Shown here piece by piece: positions 27,118-36,450 of a stretch of 64,000 nt of DNA. This DNA is from a virus, in the IMG/VR virus record IMGVR_UViG_3300033149_006345, positions 1 through 64,000 of that record, one strand, 5' to 3'. The notes below the pieces were generated by a model, which worked only from the letters and a program-made list of their open reading frames with translations, ran no database searches and was not told the DNA's origin. The first letter of the stretch is position 1. The number at the start of each line of letters is the position of its first letter. The position numbers were made by a program, and so were the translations under genes.

Positions 27118-27214
27118 TTTTCTCGGCTTTCCTATATCATATAACTTTTAATTTCTTGACGTTGTTGTTTGATTATACTTAGAGTTTGTAGTACGATCCT
27201 TATGGAGTTTACAT

Positions 27215-27826
27215 ATGGATGAAATAGCCGTTGTTAAATACAGCATGACCAAAGAGAAAAAGTTCGGTAAGAAGCGAGGTGGAGATCCCATGTCTGAAAT
27301 AGTAACTATACGCCCTGGGCTTATTCGTAGGAACCGTAGAGATTTTTCTGATCCGGTACCTATACGCCGAGTAGTCAATGATCGTCGTTCATCGGGCATA
27401 AACGCCGCTCGTTTGGAAATTACTGAAGCCATACTAAAAGACCTCGAAACTTATATTGTTAGAGGTTGTACCTTGCCGGAAGCCTGCCGGTTGGCGGGCA
27501 TTCCGTACAACCGGTTCAACCGATGGAAAGAACAATACCCCGACTTTGAGGAGTTTGTCAAGACCTGTGAGGCCAAGGCGAAGTATGAGGCATTGGAGCA
27601 AATAAGTACAGCGAGGGAAGGGGGTGTTTGGCAAGCTGCTTCCTGGTTTTTGGAAAGAAAATACCCAGCCGAGTTTGGAAGAAAGGATATGACCCGTCAT
27701 CAAATCGTGCATGAATATCAAGAGTTCATCAAGATCGTGTTGGAGGTTTTGAATGAGGTTGAGCCAGAGTTACGAGCGAGAGTCGTTGATCGGCTCAGGG
27801 ATAAAAACATTACTATCGAAGATTAA
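27215..27826 (+). CDS. terS: Terminase small subunit
   Basis: HTH (EACRLAGIPYNRFNRW) and WQAASWFLERKYP; immediately upstream of terL. Confidence 0.75.
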   Translation: MDEIAVVKYSMTKEKKFGKKRGGDPMSEIVTIRPGLIRRNRRDFSDPVPIRRVVNDRRSSGINAARLEITEAILKDLETYIVRGCTLPEACRLAGIPYNRFNRWKEQYPDFEEFVKTCEAKAKYEALEQISTAREGGVWQAASWFLERKYPAEFGRKDMTRHQIVHEYQEFIKIVLEVLNEVEPELRARVVDRLRDKNITIED

Positions 27827-30107
27827 CATAGATTACAGCGCCGGTATCCCTAGAGGAGAAGAGTTTACCGCCCAAGTTTTGAAAGATGAGCAGGGTGGTA
27901 GGATAGTTAATGATGTGGTGCATAAAGAGTTCCATTGGTTTATCCAGGAATGTCTGGAGGAACATGGAATTAGACGTATGATGATTTTGGGTGCTTTTGG
28001 TCTGGGGAAGTGTTTTTGTCGTGGAACGAAGGTTTTGCTTTATTCTGGTGAAGTAAAGCCAGTTGAAGATGTAAAGGTTGGCGATTTGTTGATGGGAGAT
28101 GACAACACCCCCCGCAAGGTGCTTTCAGTAGCTTCTGGAAGAGAAGAAGCATATAGAATTGTGTTATCTAATGGTGATTTTTATGAGTGTAATGAGTCTA
28201 GTATCTTGCCCGTTATAGTTTCATCTAGGTATAGTAGTTATAAGAAGGGAGACAAGCTGGAAATATCCCTCAAAGACTACCTTGAGTTGCCGGATTGGGT
28301 CAAGGAAAGTTGTTTGAAGATGTATAAAGTTCCGGTAGCTTTCCCAGAGAATCTTGAGATGCAAACACCACCTTATGACTACGGTGCCGCATTGGGCAAG
28401 TCTATCTCTGCATTCGAGTTGGTAAATATTGATGTTGCAAAGGAGTATCTAATCAATAGTGAGGATGTTCGTCTACAGTTTTTAGCTGGATTATTGGATA
28501 CTATTGGTGGGTTTAGTAACTCTGGTCATTATTTACTTACTGTCAGGACCTATTCACTTAAAGAAGATATTTTGTTCCTGTGCAGATCTTTGGGTTTCAG
28601 AGTGCATCTTAGGACTAAGAAGATTAAAGGACTGGATAATTATACTATTACAATAGGTGGTGATATTCACAGAATCCCCTGTAAAATTAAGAAAGCCCCT
28701 GAAAAAACAACAAAAACCAATCCTCTTGTCTTTGGGTTTGAGGCTATTCCCATAGGAGAAAAGGAATATTTTGGCTTTACCTTGGATAAAAATGGATTAT
28801 TTTTGTTACATGATTTTACGGTAGCCCATAACACCGAGCAGATTTCTATAGGTTACGTGTTGGAGTGCATTGCCCGGAACCGAAATGTGCGGATTAAGAT
28901 GGTTAGCAATACTGATGATAATGCTACTGATAGAGTGCGGGCGGTAAAGAATTATATAGAAAATGACGAGGATTTCCTACGGATAGCGCCTCATATAAAG
29001 AAGACAGCGATTTGGGGAAACAGCAAGTTTATTGTTTCCCGTGAATCGAGATCGAAAGATGGTACATTGGAGGCTTATGGTATTTTTGGTTCTGCTATTG
29101 GTGGGCGTGCCGATATGATTGTATTTGACGACCCCCAAGACTTAAAAACTGCTGTTTTGGAACCTAGTAGCAGAGAGAAGTGCATTCAGGTTATTGAGAG
29201 TGTTTGGCTTTCACGTTTGGTGGAGAATGGTGTGGCTATTATTCTAATGAATAGGTGGCATGAATACGATGTTGCTAGGTGGGTGATGTCCAATCCGGAT
29301 TGGGCTTGGTTGGCCATAAGTGTTGATGATAGTTACCGTCATTTAATAGTAGAGAAAAAGATAGGAACTGAGTACGACAAATATAAGATACCACCGTGGA
29401 AACCCCCGGACTATTTTGCACAAAAGCGGTCGGATTTGGGAGACCGAGCCTTTAAGAGAGGCTATCAGCTTGTGCCTTACTCCGACGAAGAGATGTTTTT
29501 CCCTTCTTTTGTCAAATGTTGCCATTTTAATGCAAACAGACAACAGAGAATACGTTCCCTGATTAAGACTAGGGATCATGTTATCGTTTGTGGTTTGGAC
29601 TATGCCTCGACAAAACGTCCTGGTACTTGTTTGGTCACGGTTTTAGCAGAGAAAAGAAGCCAGCAACGTCATCTAGTTGAGGTTGCTATCATGTCGGATG
29701 CCTCCAGGTTGGTGGAGCATATTATTAGGGTTTATACTCGGTACGGTATAGATTTGCTCATGGCTGAAAATAATGCTACACAGGATTTGATAACCGATAT
29801 GCTACAGGCGTTTGGTCAAATTCGTGGCATAAACATTAAGGGATTTTACACGGGCAAGAACAAGGCTGACCCCGATATGGGACTTATATCCCTGGAAAAT
29901 GAGTTTGAGAGAGGGTTATGGAGCTTCTATTTCGATTTTGACCAACCCCGAATCGAGGATGAGAAGAAGGACCCGTATACAAGGTATTATTACGAAATGA
30001 GGGATTACCCCTTTTGGGAAACAACAGATTTGGTCATGGCAACCTGGTTTTGCAGGCAAGGAATTGATTATCTATTTAGGCAAAAGGTGGTGCCTCGTAT
30101 TTATTGA
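27753..30107 (+). CDS. terL: Terminase large subunit, intein-containing
   Basis: Walker A GAFGLGK|T, Walker B GGRADMIVFDD, NRWHEYD, nuclease CGLDYAS, AENNATQ, DLVMA. Confidence 0.92.
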   Translation: MRLSQSYERESLIGSGIKTLLSKINIDYSAGIPRGEEFTAQVLKDEQGGRIVNDVVHKEFHWFIQECLEEHGIRRMMILGAFGLGKCFCRGTKVLLYSGEVKPVEDVKVGDLLMGDDNTPRKVLSVASGREEAYRIVLSNGDFYECNESSILPVIVSSRYSSYKKGDKLEISLKDYLELPDWVKESCLKMYKVPVAFPENLEMQTPPYDYGAALGKSISAFELVNIDVAKEYLINSEDVRLQFLAGLLDTIGGFSNSGHYLLTVRTYSLKEDILFLCRSLGFRVHLRTKKIKGLDNYTITIGGDIHRIPCKIKKAPEKTTKTNPLVFGFEAIPIGEKEYFGFTLDKNGLFLLHDFTVAHNTEQISIGYVLECIARNRNVRIKMVSNTDDNATDRVRAVKNYIENDEDFLRIAPHIKKTAIWGNSKFIVSRESRSKDGTLEAYGIFGSAIGGRADMIVFDDPQDLKTAVLEPSSREKCIQVIESVWLSRLVENGVAIILMNRWHEYDVARWVMSNPDWAWLAISVDDSYRHLIVEKKIGTEYDKYKIPPWKPPDYFAQKRSDLGDRAFKRGYQLVPYSDEEMFFPSFVKCCHFNANRQQRIRSLIKTRDHVIVCGLDYASTKRPGTCLVTVLAEKRSQQRHLVEVAIMSDASRLVEHIIRVYTRYGIDLLMAENNATQDLITDMLQAFGQIRGINIKGFYTGKNKADPDMGLISLENEFERGLWSFYFDFDQPRIEDEKKDPYTRYYYEMRDYPFWETTDLVMATWFCRQGIDYLFRQKVVPRIY
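28011..28832 (+). mobile_element. 274-aa intein with LAGLIDADG-type homing endonuclease domain in the TerL Walker A motif
   Basis: Starts CFCRGTKVLL, ends FTVAHN followed by Thr; internal FLAGLLDTIG. Confidence 0.93.
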
Positions 30108-30118
30108 GGAGTGGGGGG

Positions 30119-30616
30119 ATGAGAGGCAAACATTTGCTTATGGATTTGTATGGATGTAAGCCGGTGTTTGTAACTCAGGATGTTGGTTTTTTGCAAGATG
30201 TCTTGCGGAGTGTGATAGCTTTGGCTGAAATGACTCTTATTTTTATGCCACAACCGGTTATCTACGAAGACTTTGATTCAACTTTTGGTTGGGGTGTTTC
30301 CGCTACAGCTATTTTGGCAGAGAGTCATGTAGCTATTCATACGGCCCCCTCGGTGATGAACAGTGTGTTTTTTGATATGTACAGTTGCAAGGATTTTGAT
30401 GATAGTATATTATACTCGAAAGTTGTTGATTTTTTCAACCCGGATTTTTTGGAGTGCAGGGTAATACCAAGAAATAGATTTTTACAGATGTCAAGAGGAG
30501 GAATGGTTTATGGGGATTATCAAAGACATGGATGCGAGGAAAGATATTGTGGTTTTGCGGGAGAAGATGGCAACTTTACAGGCGAAAATAGAGGAGATAG
30601 AGAAGCGGTCTGCTAA
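30119..30616 (+). CDS. speD: S-adenosylmethionine decarboxylase proenzyme homolog
   Basis: GKHLLMDLYGC, GVSATAILAE|SHVAIHT pyruvoyl site, DMYSCKDFD. Confidence 0.85.
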   Translation: MRGKHLLMDLYGCKPVFVTQDVGFLQDVLRSVIALAEMTLIFMPQPVIYEDFDSTFGWGVSATAILAESHVAIHTAPSVMNSVFFDMYSCKDFDDSILYSKVVDFFNPDFLECRVIPRNRFLQMSRGGMVYGDYQRHGCEERYCGFAGEDGNFTGENRGDREAVC

Positions 30617-30845
30617 GAGTTGTAGTTGTGGGTCTACTGATGCAGTTAAGGGTATCAGGAAGATGTTGTTGGAATTGGAGCGAGAGCTTGGATTTTCACG
30701 GGATGAATATGATATACTTGATAGGAAGATACCCCCTGACTCGGCTTTGGGGCGATTGCAGTTGCAGATTGATTCTTTGGTTGAGGTTTTGGATTTGGAA
30801 GAAACATGGGCTGGTGGTAAACTAAGATATGAGAAGAAGGGGTGA
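30510..30845 (+). CDS. Coiled-coil hypothetical protein
   Basis: SD GAGGAGG. Confidence 0.65.
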   Translation: MGIIKDMDARKDIVVLREKMATLQAKIEEIEKRSAKSCSCGSTDAVKGIRKMLLELERELGFSRDEYDILDRKIPPDSALGRLQLQIDSLVEVLDLEETWAGGKLRYEKKG

Positions 30846-30869
30846 TAGTTAGGAAAGTGAGGTAATTTT

Positions 30870-32510
30870 ATGCCGAGAGGAGCACCCGCTTCATTGCTAT
30901 CTAGGGAAGGTATAGGAGAATTGGTAACAACACGAAGAAAGTCGTGGGCAGAGTTGCGGACTTTTTTTGAGAGGGAACGTGCGCTGTCTACCGGTCGGGA
31001 TTACAAGCGAAATCCCTCTAAACAACTGGATGAATATAGAGGGTGGGTATATAGTGCTGTTGATTGTATTGTGGACCGTTTGTGCTCTTTGAGCTATACT
31101 TTCAAAAGAGAAGATACCGGCGAGGTTATTTCACCTTTTGACAAACGTTATCATGCTATATTGAAACCGATAATCAAACCGAATGAGTATATGAGCCTAA
31201 AGTTTTTGATGCAGTTTTGTCAGACTCAATTGGATTTGTGTGGAAAGGCAGCTATCCTGAAAGTAAGAAATGCTTTTGGTAAGCCTTGGGAATTATGGCC
31301 GCTGGATATGAATGATTTCAGGCGTATTGTTTACCCACATAGACGGCAAGCTGGTAGGATTGTACCACCTGTGGGTTTCGAGTTCAGGCTTGGTAACAAG
31401 TTAGTTCTCATCGAGTGGAAGGATATTATATGGTTGCGATATCCAAGTCCTCTTAATATGTGGGATGGTTTCTCACCGATTCGGGCGCAAGCGTATACTA
31501 CAGATATTGATTACTACCTTGAAGTTTACGAGCGGGGTTTCTTTAGAAATTCGGCTCGGGTGGATTTTGTGATTGAAGGGGAAAATCTTACTGAGGAAGA
31601 CGCCAAGCGGTTGAAGCAAGAGTGGGTAAAGAAGTATGGTGGCCCAAAACGGTCATATGAGCCTGCTGTACTTACTGGCGGTATTAAGATTGTTCCTATA
31701 ACAATGACCAATAAGGATTTTCAGTTTTTGGAGCTGGCACGTTGGACCAAGGAACGTATTTTGAGTGCTTACCGTGTGCCAGAGGGCAAGTTGGGTTTAT
31801 TCCGTGATATCAATAGAGCCAACCAGAAAGGGATAGATATAGCATTTAATGAAGGTGCCATTTTGCCTCGGGCACGTTTGTGGGAGTCGGAGTTGACCTA
31901 TCAGCTCATTTGGGCTGATTTTACGGAAAAGGTCTCCATTGAGTTTGAGAATCCAATTCCTAGAGATAGGGAGGCAGATCTGAAAGAGTTGCAATTACGT
32001 AGTGGTAAGGGTATGGTTCCTATCAATACTATAAATGAGTTGCGTAATTGGTGGGATGGTTCTCCGTCTATAGCAGGAGGTGATGCAATTTTGGTAAATC
32101 AGAATCTTGTACCTATTACGAGTGTTGTTGGGGAGAATGGAGAGGGTGATACGGAGTCAGGTAATGAAAAACCTCCAGTAACAGACGATGATGATAAGCC
32201 CGGTCAGACGGACGATGATCCTGAATATGATCCTGAATATGATCCCGGCGGAGAGGAGTCTGATAAAAAGATACTGGATTGGGAAAAAGCGCTGGCACCT
32301 TTAGTTGGAAAGTATAGAGAGGCAATAAGCAAAACCAAAGGGTGGTCAGTTGCAAAGGTGGAAAATTATTTGAGAGGTTTAGAGCTTGATGTGAGTGATG
32401 GGGTGAAGAGAATTTTCGAGAACTGTGTGCTGAAGGATTATCCAGAGGTTAAATTTAAGCAAGCGGTAAAGGCATATCTTATTTTGACGGCAGTAAGGCG
32501 TAAAAATTAA
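30870..32510 (+). CDS. Portal protein (HK97 type)
   Basis: WVYSAVDCI, KPNEYMS, GFSPI, FFRNSA, DFQFLE, AYRVP, TINELR. Confidence 0.95.
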   Translation: MPRGAPASLLSREGIGELVTTRRKSWAELRTFFERERALSTGRDYKRNPSKQLDEYRGWVYSAVDCIVDRLCSLSYTFKREDTGEVISPFDKRYHAILKPIIKPNEYMSLKFLMQFCQTQLDLCGKAAILKVRNAFGKPWELWPLDMNDFRRIVYPHRRQAGRIVPPVGFEFRLGNKLVLIEWKDIIWLRYPSPLNMWDGFSPIRAQAYTTDIDYYLEVYERGFFRNSARVDFVIEGENLTEEDAKRLKQEWVKKYGGPKRSYEPAVLTGGIKIVPITMTNKDFQFLELARWTKERILSAYRVPEGKLGLFRDINRANQKGIDIAFNEGAILPRARLWESELTYQLIWADFTEKVSIEFENPIPRDREADLKELQLRSGKGMVPINTINELRNWWDGSPSIAGGDAILVNQNLVPITSVVGENGEGDTESGNEKPPVTDDDDKPGQTDDDPEYDPEYDPGGEESDKKILDWEKALAPLVGKYREAISKTKGWSVAKVENYLRGLELDVSDGVKRIFENCVLKDYPEVKFKQAVKAYLILTAVRRKN

Positions 32511-32537
32511 CACATTGAAGAGAGTAGGAGGTAAATA

Positions 32538-34247
32538 ATGGCATACAGGGTTAAAGCCAAGGACGAAAATGGAGCTGAGCGGAATGTTGTCATCAACGGC
32601 AAAGAGGTATTGGGTTTTGACGTTTCACCTGATCTAGTTGAGATTAAAGAAGTTGACGAGGAAAACAGGTCATTTTTGGCTACGGCGGCGTCGGAGGCAC
32701 CGGATCGGATATACGATATTATTCGTATAGCAGGGATTGATCTTACTGACTACGAGAAAAATCCTGTTGTTATGTGGGCACATGAGTACCGTGCTCTTCC
32801 GTTGGGCATTTCTCTGGAGACTATCAAACGCCCTAGAAAGAAGGTACTGGAATTTCGGCCAAATTTCGATGACCATGAGTTTGCTGAAAAAGTTTATCGC
32901 TCTTATCTGAAGAAGATAATGCGTGGTTTTTCCGTTGGCTTGCTTCCCATTGAGATGGAGAAGCGACAAGATATGACGGAAGAGGAAAAGGCACAAGCTG
33001 GGTATTTTGGTGGTTGGGAAATCAAGAAGTCGTCTTTGTTGGAGATAAGTTGTGCTCCTATACCAATGCACCAGGATGCTTTGGCGCAAATGAAGGCGGT
33101 AGGTTTTCCAATGGAACTTCTGTCTCCAGCCGATTTAGGTTTTGGTAATAAGGAGAAGGCATTGGATGACGGAAGTTATTGGGTTCCTGTGGAAGACACC
33201 ATGCTGTTTTTCAATCATAAGACCATCCCCTTGGATGATAAGGTAAATGCTATTGTTGCTGATCCTCTTGGTGCTAGTGGGAGTGGACGCAATCTCTCCA
33301 AGGTGGTTGGTTATCTCTTTTCCAAAGATATGTCTGAGGAGGAGAGGGCTGAATGGTTGTCTTCCTTTGGGGTTAGCGACCGTAATGTTATGATTGTTGC
33401 CTCTGATACGAATGTTTTGGAGCTGTCGGCAGAAGAAATAGGTTTAGTCAAAGGTATTTGCGGTTCGTCATCGTTGCCTTTGAGTGATAAGTCTTCTTGG
33501 GATGGCGATGCAGCCAGGAAGAGAATGTGGGAAAAGGGATTATCCACTTTTAAGAAAGGGCATGTATGGCAAAAACCAGATGAGAATCCGGAGACAAAGG
33601 GAGCCTATTCTTTACCCTTTGCGGATATAATTGATGGCACTTTAACTGCTGTTTGGGGTGGTGTTCGTGCGGCAATGGCTGCGGTACATGGTGCTCGTAA
33701 TGCTCCAGAAGGAGATAGGAGAAAACAACATAATTTCCTTGCCAAATATTATAGACGTTTTGGTAAGGAACCGCCAGAGTTCAAAACATATACTGATGAG
33801 GAATTACATGAAATTTTTGGTATTGACACTTCTGATATAGATAAACAAAATTCCACTGACGGTGACCACCAAGGAACGGCGAATGACATGGAACCCATTG
33901 TTAATGTTGTGAGGGAGGAGTTGACCGAGTTGTTTAATACTTTTAAGGAGGAAGTGGTTACAGCTATCAGAGCTTCATTGGAGGAAACTTCTGCTTCTTC
34001 TAGAGAACCAAATATCACTCAAGGAGCCGACGAGGGTGACGCCACTTTTGTGCAGGCGGTGGGTGAGTTGGTAGCTAAGTTGAAAGAGGATAAGGATACT
34101 CCGGTGATACCAGACGATCTCTCCCAGGAAGATATAGTAAAGCTCTCTGAAATGGTGGCGCAATCGCTTGGTGCCACTTTGGGTGATGCTATAGCTTCTA
34201 CGGTGGAAGAGAATCTGAAGAGTTATGCTGGTATCATTGACGACTAA
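32538..34247 (+). CDS. Prohead maturation protease with large accessory and scaffold-like extensions
   Basis: NPVVMWAH, GFSVG, LLEISCAPIPM; LPFADIIDGTLTAVWGGV domain; acidic helical tail. Confidence 0.88.
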   Translation: MAYRVKAKDENGAERNVVINGKEVLGFDVSPDLVEIKEVDEENRSFLATAASEAPDRIYDIIRIAGIDLTDYEKNPVVMWAHEYRALPLGISLETIKRPRKKVLEFRPNFDDHEFAEKVYRSYLKKIMRGFSVGLLPIEMEKRQDMTEEEKAQAGYFGGWEIKKSSLLEISCAPIPMHQDALAQMKAVGFPMELLSPADLGFGNKEKALDDGSYWVPVEDTMLFFNHKTIPLDDKVNAIVADPLGASGSGRNLSKVVGYLFSKDMSEEERAEWLSSFGVSDRNVMIVASDTNVLELSAEEIGLVKGICGSSSLPLSDKSSWDGDAARKRMWEKGLSTFKKGHVWQKPDENPETKGAYSLPFADIIDGTLTAVWGGVRAAMAAVHGARNAPEGDRRKQHNFLAKYYRRFGKEPPEFKTYTDEELHEIFGIDTSDIDKQNSTDGDHQGTANDMEPIVNVVREELTELFNTFKEEVVTAIRASLEETSASSREPNITQGADEGDATFVQAVGELVAKLKEDKDTPVIPDDLSQEDIVKLSEMVAQSLGATLGDAIASTVEENLKSYAGIIDD

Positions 34248-34274
34248 TATTATATTCTACTAGGAGGTTTTAAT

Positions 34275-35555
34275 ATGGACAAGGAAAAATTGATGAAGCA
34301 ACTTCAGGAGATTAACGAGGAGATCGTCAAGCGTTATATTGGTAGCGATGAATTTACTAATATGATCAACAAGCGCATCCAGACCTTTATGGAGACTTTG
34401 CAAAAGCAGCTCCAGGGGGACTCAACTGCTGGTGCGATTGCTGATGCACAGCCTTCATCGCTTCCATTCGTGCAGGCGACTCTTCCTTACGCCAACGTCC
34501 GAGGAAATCTGATTGTTACACGCCAGGGGTCCGTATTGGATATCACCAAGAAGACTCCGTGGGTGCAGGTTTCCAAGGAAGTGCAGGATTGGGCCTCTGA
34601 TTTTCTTCAGTACGTGCAGAGTCGGGGGCGAGTTGTCGGTAAGACTCTTCAGGAAAGTGAGGACCCGAGTGGTGGGTATCTCGTACCGGAAGAGTTTAGG
34701 GCAACTATCCTGATGTACGATGCAGAACCGGCTATTGTTTGGCCCAGGGCTACTGTGTGGCCGATGGCGACCGATAAGCTGGGTATGCCGAAGTTGGCGC
34801 AGTCTCCTGATGGTATTGAGAATGACGACTATGACCATTTTGCGGGTGTAGCGTTTACCTGGACTGATGAAGGTGGTTCCAAGACCGAGACGGAACCTGA
34901 CTTCGAGTTCATTGAGCTTATTGCTCATGAGCTTTCTGGGTATACCGCTATCACTAACACTCTTATGGACGATAGCCCAATTAACCTGATGAACTTCTTG
35001 ACCACTTTGTTCAGGGGTGCATGGGTATGGCAGACCGACAAGGCATTTATCCGTCAGGATGGTGCCAATAAGCCGTTGGGGGTGACCAAAGACCCGAGTG
35101 TGTTGTCTGTGAACCGGAATACTGCTTCCACGGTGAAATATGCCGATCTGCTGAATATGGTTAAGAAGCTCCCCTCGGTATTTGACGCTGGAGCCGTTTG
35201 GTTCTTCAATAAGGAAGTCCATGCTGCTATTCGTAATGAGCGTGATAACAACAACGCTTTGCTGTTGCAGCAAACTTACGATTCGGCGGCTGGTAAGATG
35301 ATTGAGATTCTGCTGGGCTACCCTGTAGTCAAGTCCGACGGCAAGACTTATCCGATGGGGACTAAGGGCGATGTCATTTTGGGCAATTGGGCCTACTATT
35401 ATATTGGTGACAGGCAGGAGTTCAGGTTGGATACCAGCGAGCATTATCTGTTCCGTAGCAATAAGCTCGCAATCAGGGTAGCCAGCCGTCTGGATGGTCA
35501 GCCAGCGATTCCAGAGGCTTTTGTGGTTCTGGATGACGTGGCTTCCGCCAGCTAA
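34275..35555 (+). CDS. Major capsid protein (HK97 fold)
   Basis: GGYLVPEEF, WTDEG, KPLG, LLGYPV, GDVILGNW, RLDG. Confidence 0.95.
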   Translation: MDKEKLMKQLQEINEEIVKRYIGSDEFTNMINKRIQTFMETLQKQLQGDSTAGAIADAQPSSLPFVQATLPYANVRGNLIVTRQGSVLDITKKTPWVQVSKEVQDWASDFLQYVQSRGRVVGKTLQESEDPSGGYLVPEEFRATILMYDAEPAIVWPRATVWPMATDKLGMPKLAQSPDGIENDDYDHFAGVAFTWTDEGGSKTETEPDFEFIELIAHELSGYTAITNTLMDDSPINLMNFLTTLFRGAWVWQTDKAFIRQDGANKPLGVTKDPSVLSVNRNTASTVKYADLLNMVKKLPSVFDAGAVWFFNKEVHAAIRNERDNNNALLLQQTYDSAAGKMIEILLGYPVVKSDGKTYPMGTKGDVILGNWAYYYIGDRQEFRLDTSEHYLFRSNKLAIRVASRLDGQPAIPEAFVVLDDVASAS

Positions 35556-35588
35556 TTGAAAACTTCTTTATAACGGAGGTGGATTCTA

Positions 35589-36041
35589 ATGAGTGCAAAG
35601 CGTGATATGACCAATAATACGCTGGTGATTCCTTTTGTTACCCATACCACGCACCAGACCAACACCGGCATCTTGACCAGCAATTATGATACGATGCGTG
35701 GTGGAGCCAACCCGACGAGGATGTTGCTGATTTTGCTGATGTCCAGTTGGGGAAGCGGTGGCTCGGTTACTGTGCGGGTACAGGATTGTAATACCAGCAA
35801 CGGTACTTTCTCTACTCGGGCAACTTTGGGGGCTGCCAACCAGTCCACCGGGCAGACTTGTTTTATGGCGGAGGTGAGCGATTTTCGCCGGTTTGTCCGT
35901 CTCAGCTATGATGTGACTGGTGCAGCTTGTACCCTGTCTATCATTGGTATTTGTCAGCGTGGGCGAAAGGAGCCGGTGACGCAGTATGATGCTGTTGGCA
36001 AGCTGTCTGTGTCCCAGACGGTTGCTCCTGAAGCCTCGTAA
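35589..36041 (+). CDS. Probable capsid decoration/cement protein, Ser/Thr-rich beta protein
   Basis: Directly follows the capsid gene; VRVQDC...RRFVRLSYDV pattern. Confidence 0.65.
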   Translation: MSAKRDMTNNTLVIPFVTHTTHQTNTGILTSNYDTMRGGANPTRMLLILLMSSWGSGGSVTVRVQDCNTSNGTFSTRATLGAANQSTGQTCFMAEVSDFRRFVRLSYDVTGAACTLSIIGICQRGRKEPVTQYDAVGKLSVSQTVAPEAS

Positions 36042-36056
36042 TGTTCCCCCTCTTTC

Positions 36057-36092
36057 CTTCCCTACCTGTACGCTTTTGTACAGGTAGGGAAG
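36057..36092 (+). promoter_or_regulatory. 15-bp perfect hairpin after the capsid genes (mRNA stabiliser, processing site or partial terminator)
   Basis: CTTCCCTACCTGTAC-gctttt-GTACAGGTAGGGAAG; no long U-tract. Confidence 0.65.
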
Positions 36093-36135
36093 TTCATATA
36101 TAAGATTACAGCGAGACCAGAAAAGGAGAAAGCAG

Positions 36136-36450
36136 ATGGCTGTTAAGGTTAAACTGACAAAACTATCTTTGATTAGACGGTATAGAAAATCTGTATTGGA
36201 AGTAAGTGAGGCGGAAGCCGCCCGGATGATCGGATCAGGGCTGGCTGTAGCAGTAACTTCTTTTGATGGACCACCGGTTAATAAACTGGTAGCTTCTCCT
36301 GGTATTAAGAAAGAAGTAGCAGAAATAAAGGAGGCTGATACCGCAGAAAACCCTACTGGGAAAGCGGAGGAACCTCCGAAACCTCCGCAGAAAAACAAAA
36401 AGAAAAAATCGAAGAAGTCAAGGAAGAAAGTCAAGGTAAATATCCAGTAG
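36136..36450 (+). CDS. Small head-module protein with Lys-rich tail
   Basis: EVSEAEAARMIGSGLAV motif of small post-capsid ORFs; SD AAGGAG. Confidence 0.7.
   Translation: MAVKVKLTKLSLIRRYRKSVLEVSEAEAARMIGSGLAVAVTSFDGPPVNKLVASPGIKKEVAEIKEADTAENPTGKAEEPPKPPQKNKKKKSKKSRKKVKVNIQ

Noticed and set aside
27156-27179. TTGACG...TATACT as a sigma70 late promoter
   Set aside because: Spacer is only 12 nt; the late promoter could not be identified with confidence
32217-32245. 12-bp tandem repeat in the portal gene (DPEYDPEYDP)
   Set aside because: Ordinary low-complexity acidic tail
34455-36434. Long minus-strand ORFs (329 and 282 aa) opposite the capsid genes
   Set aside because: Antisense shadows caused by codon bias; no motifs or SD
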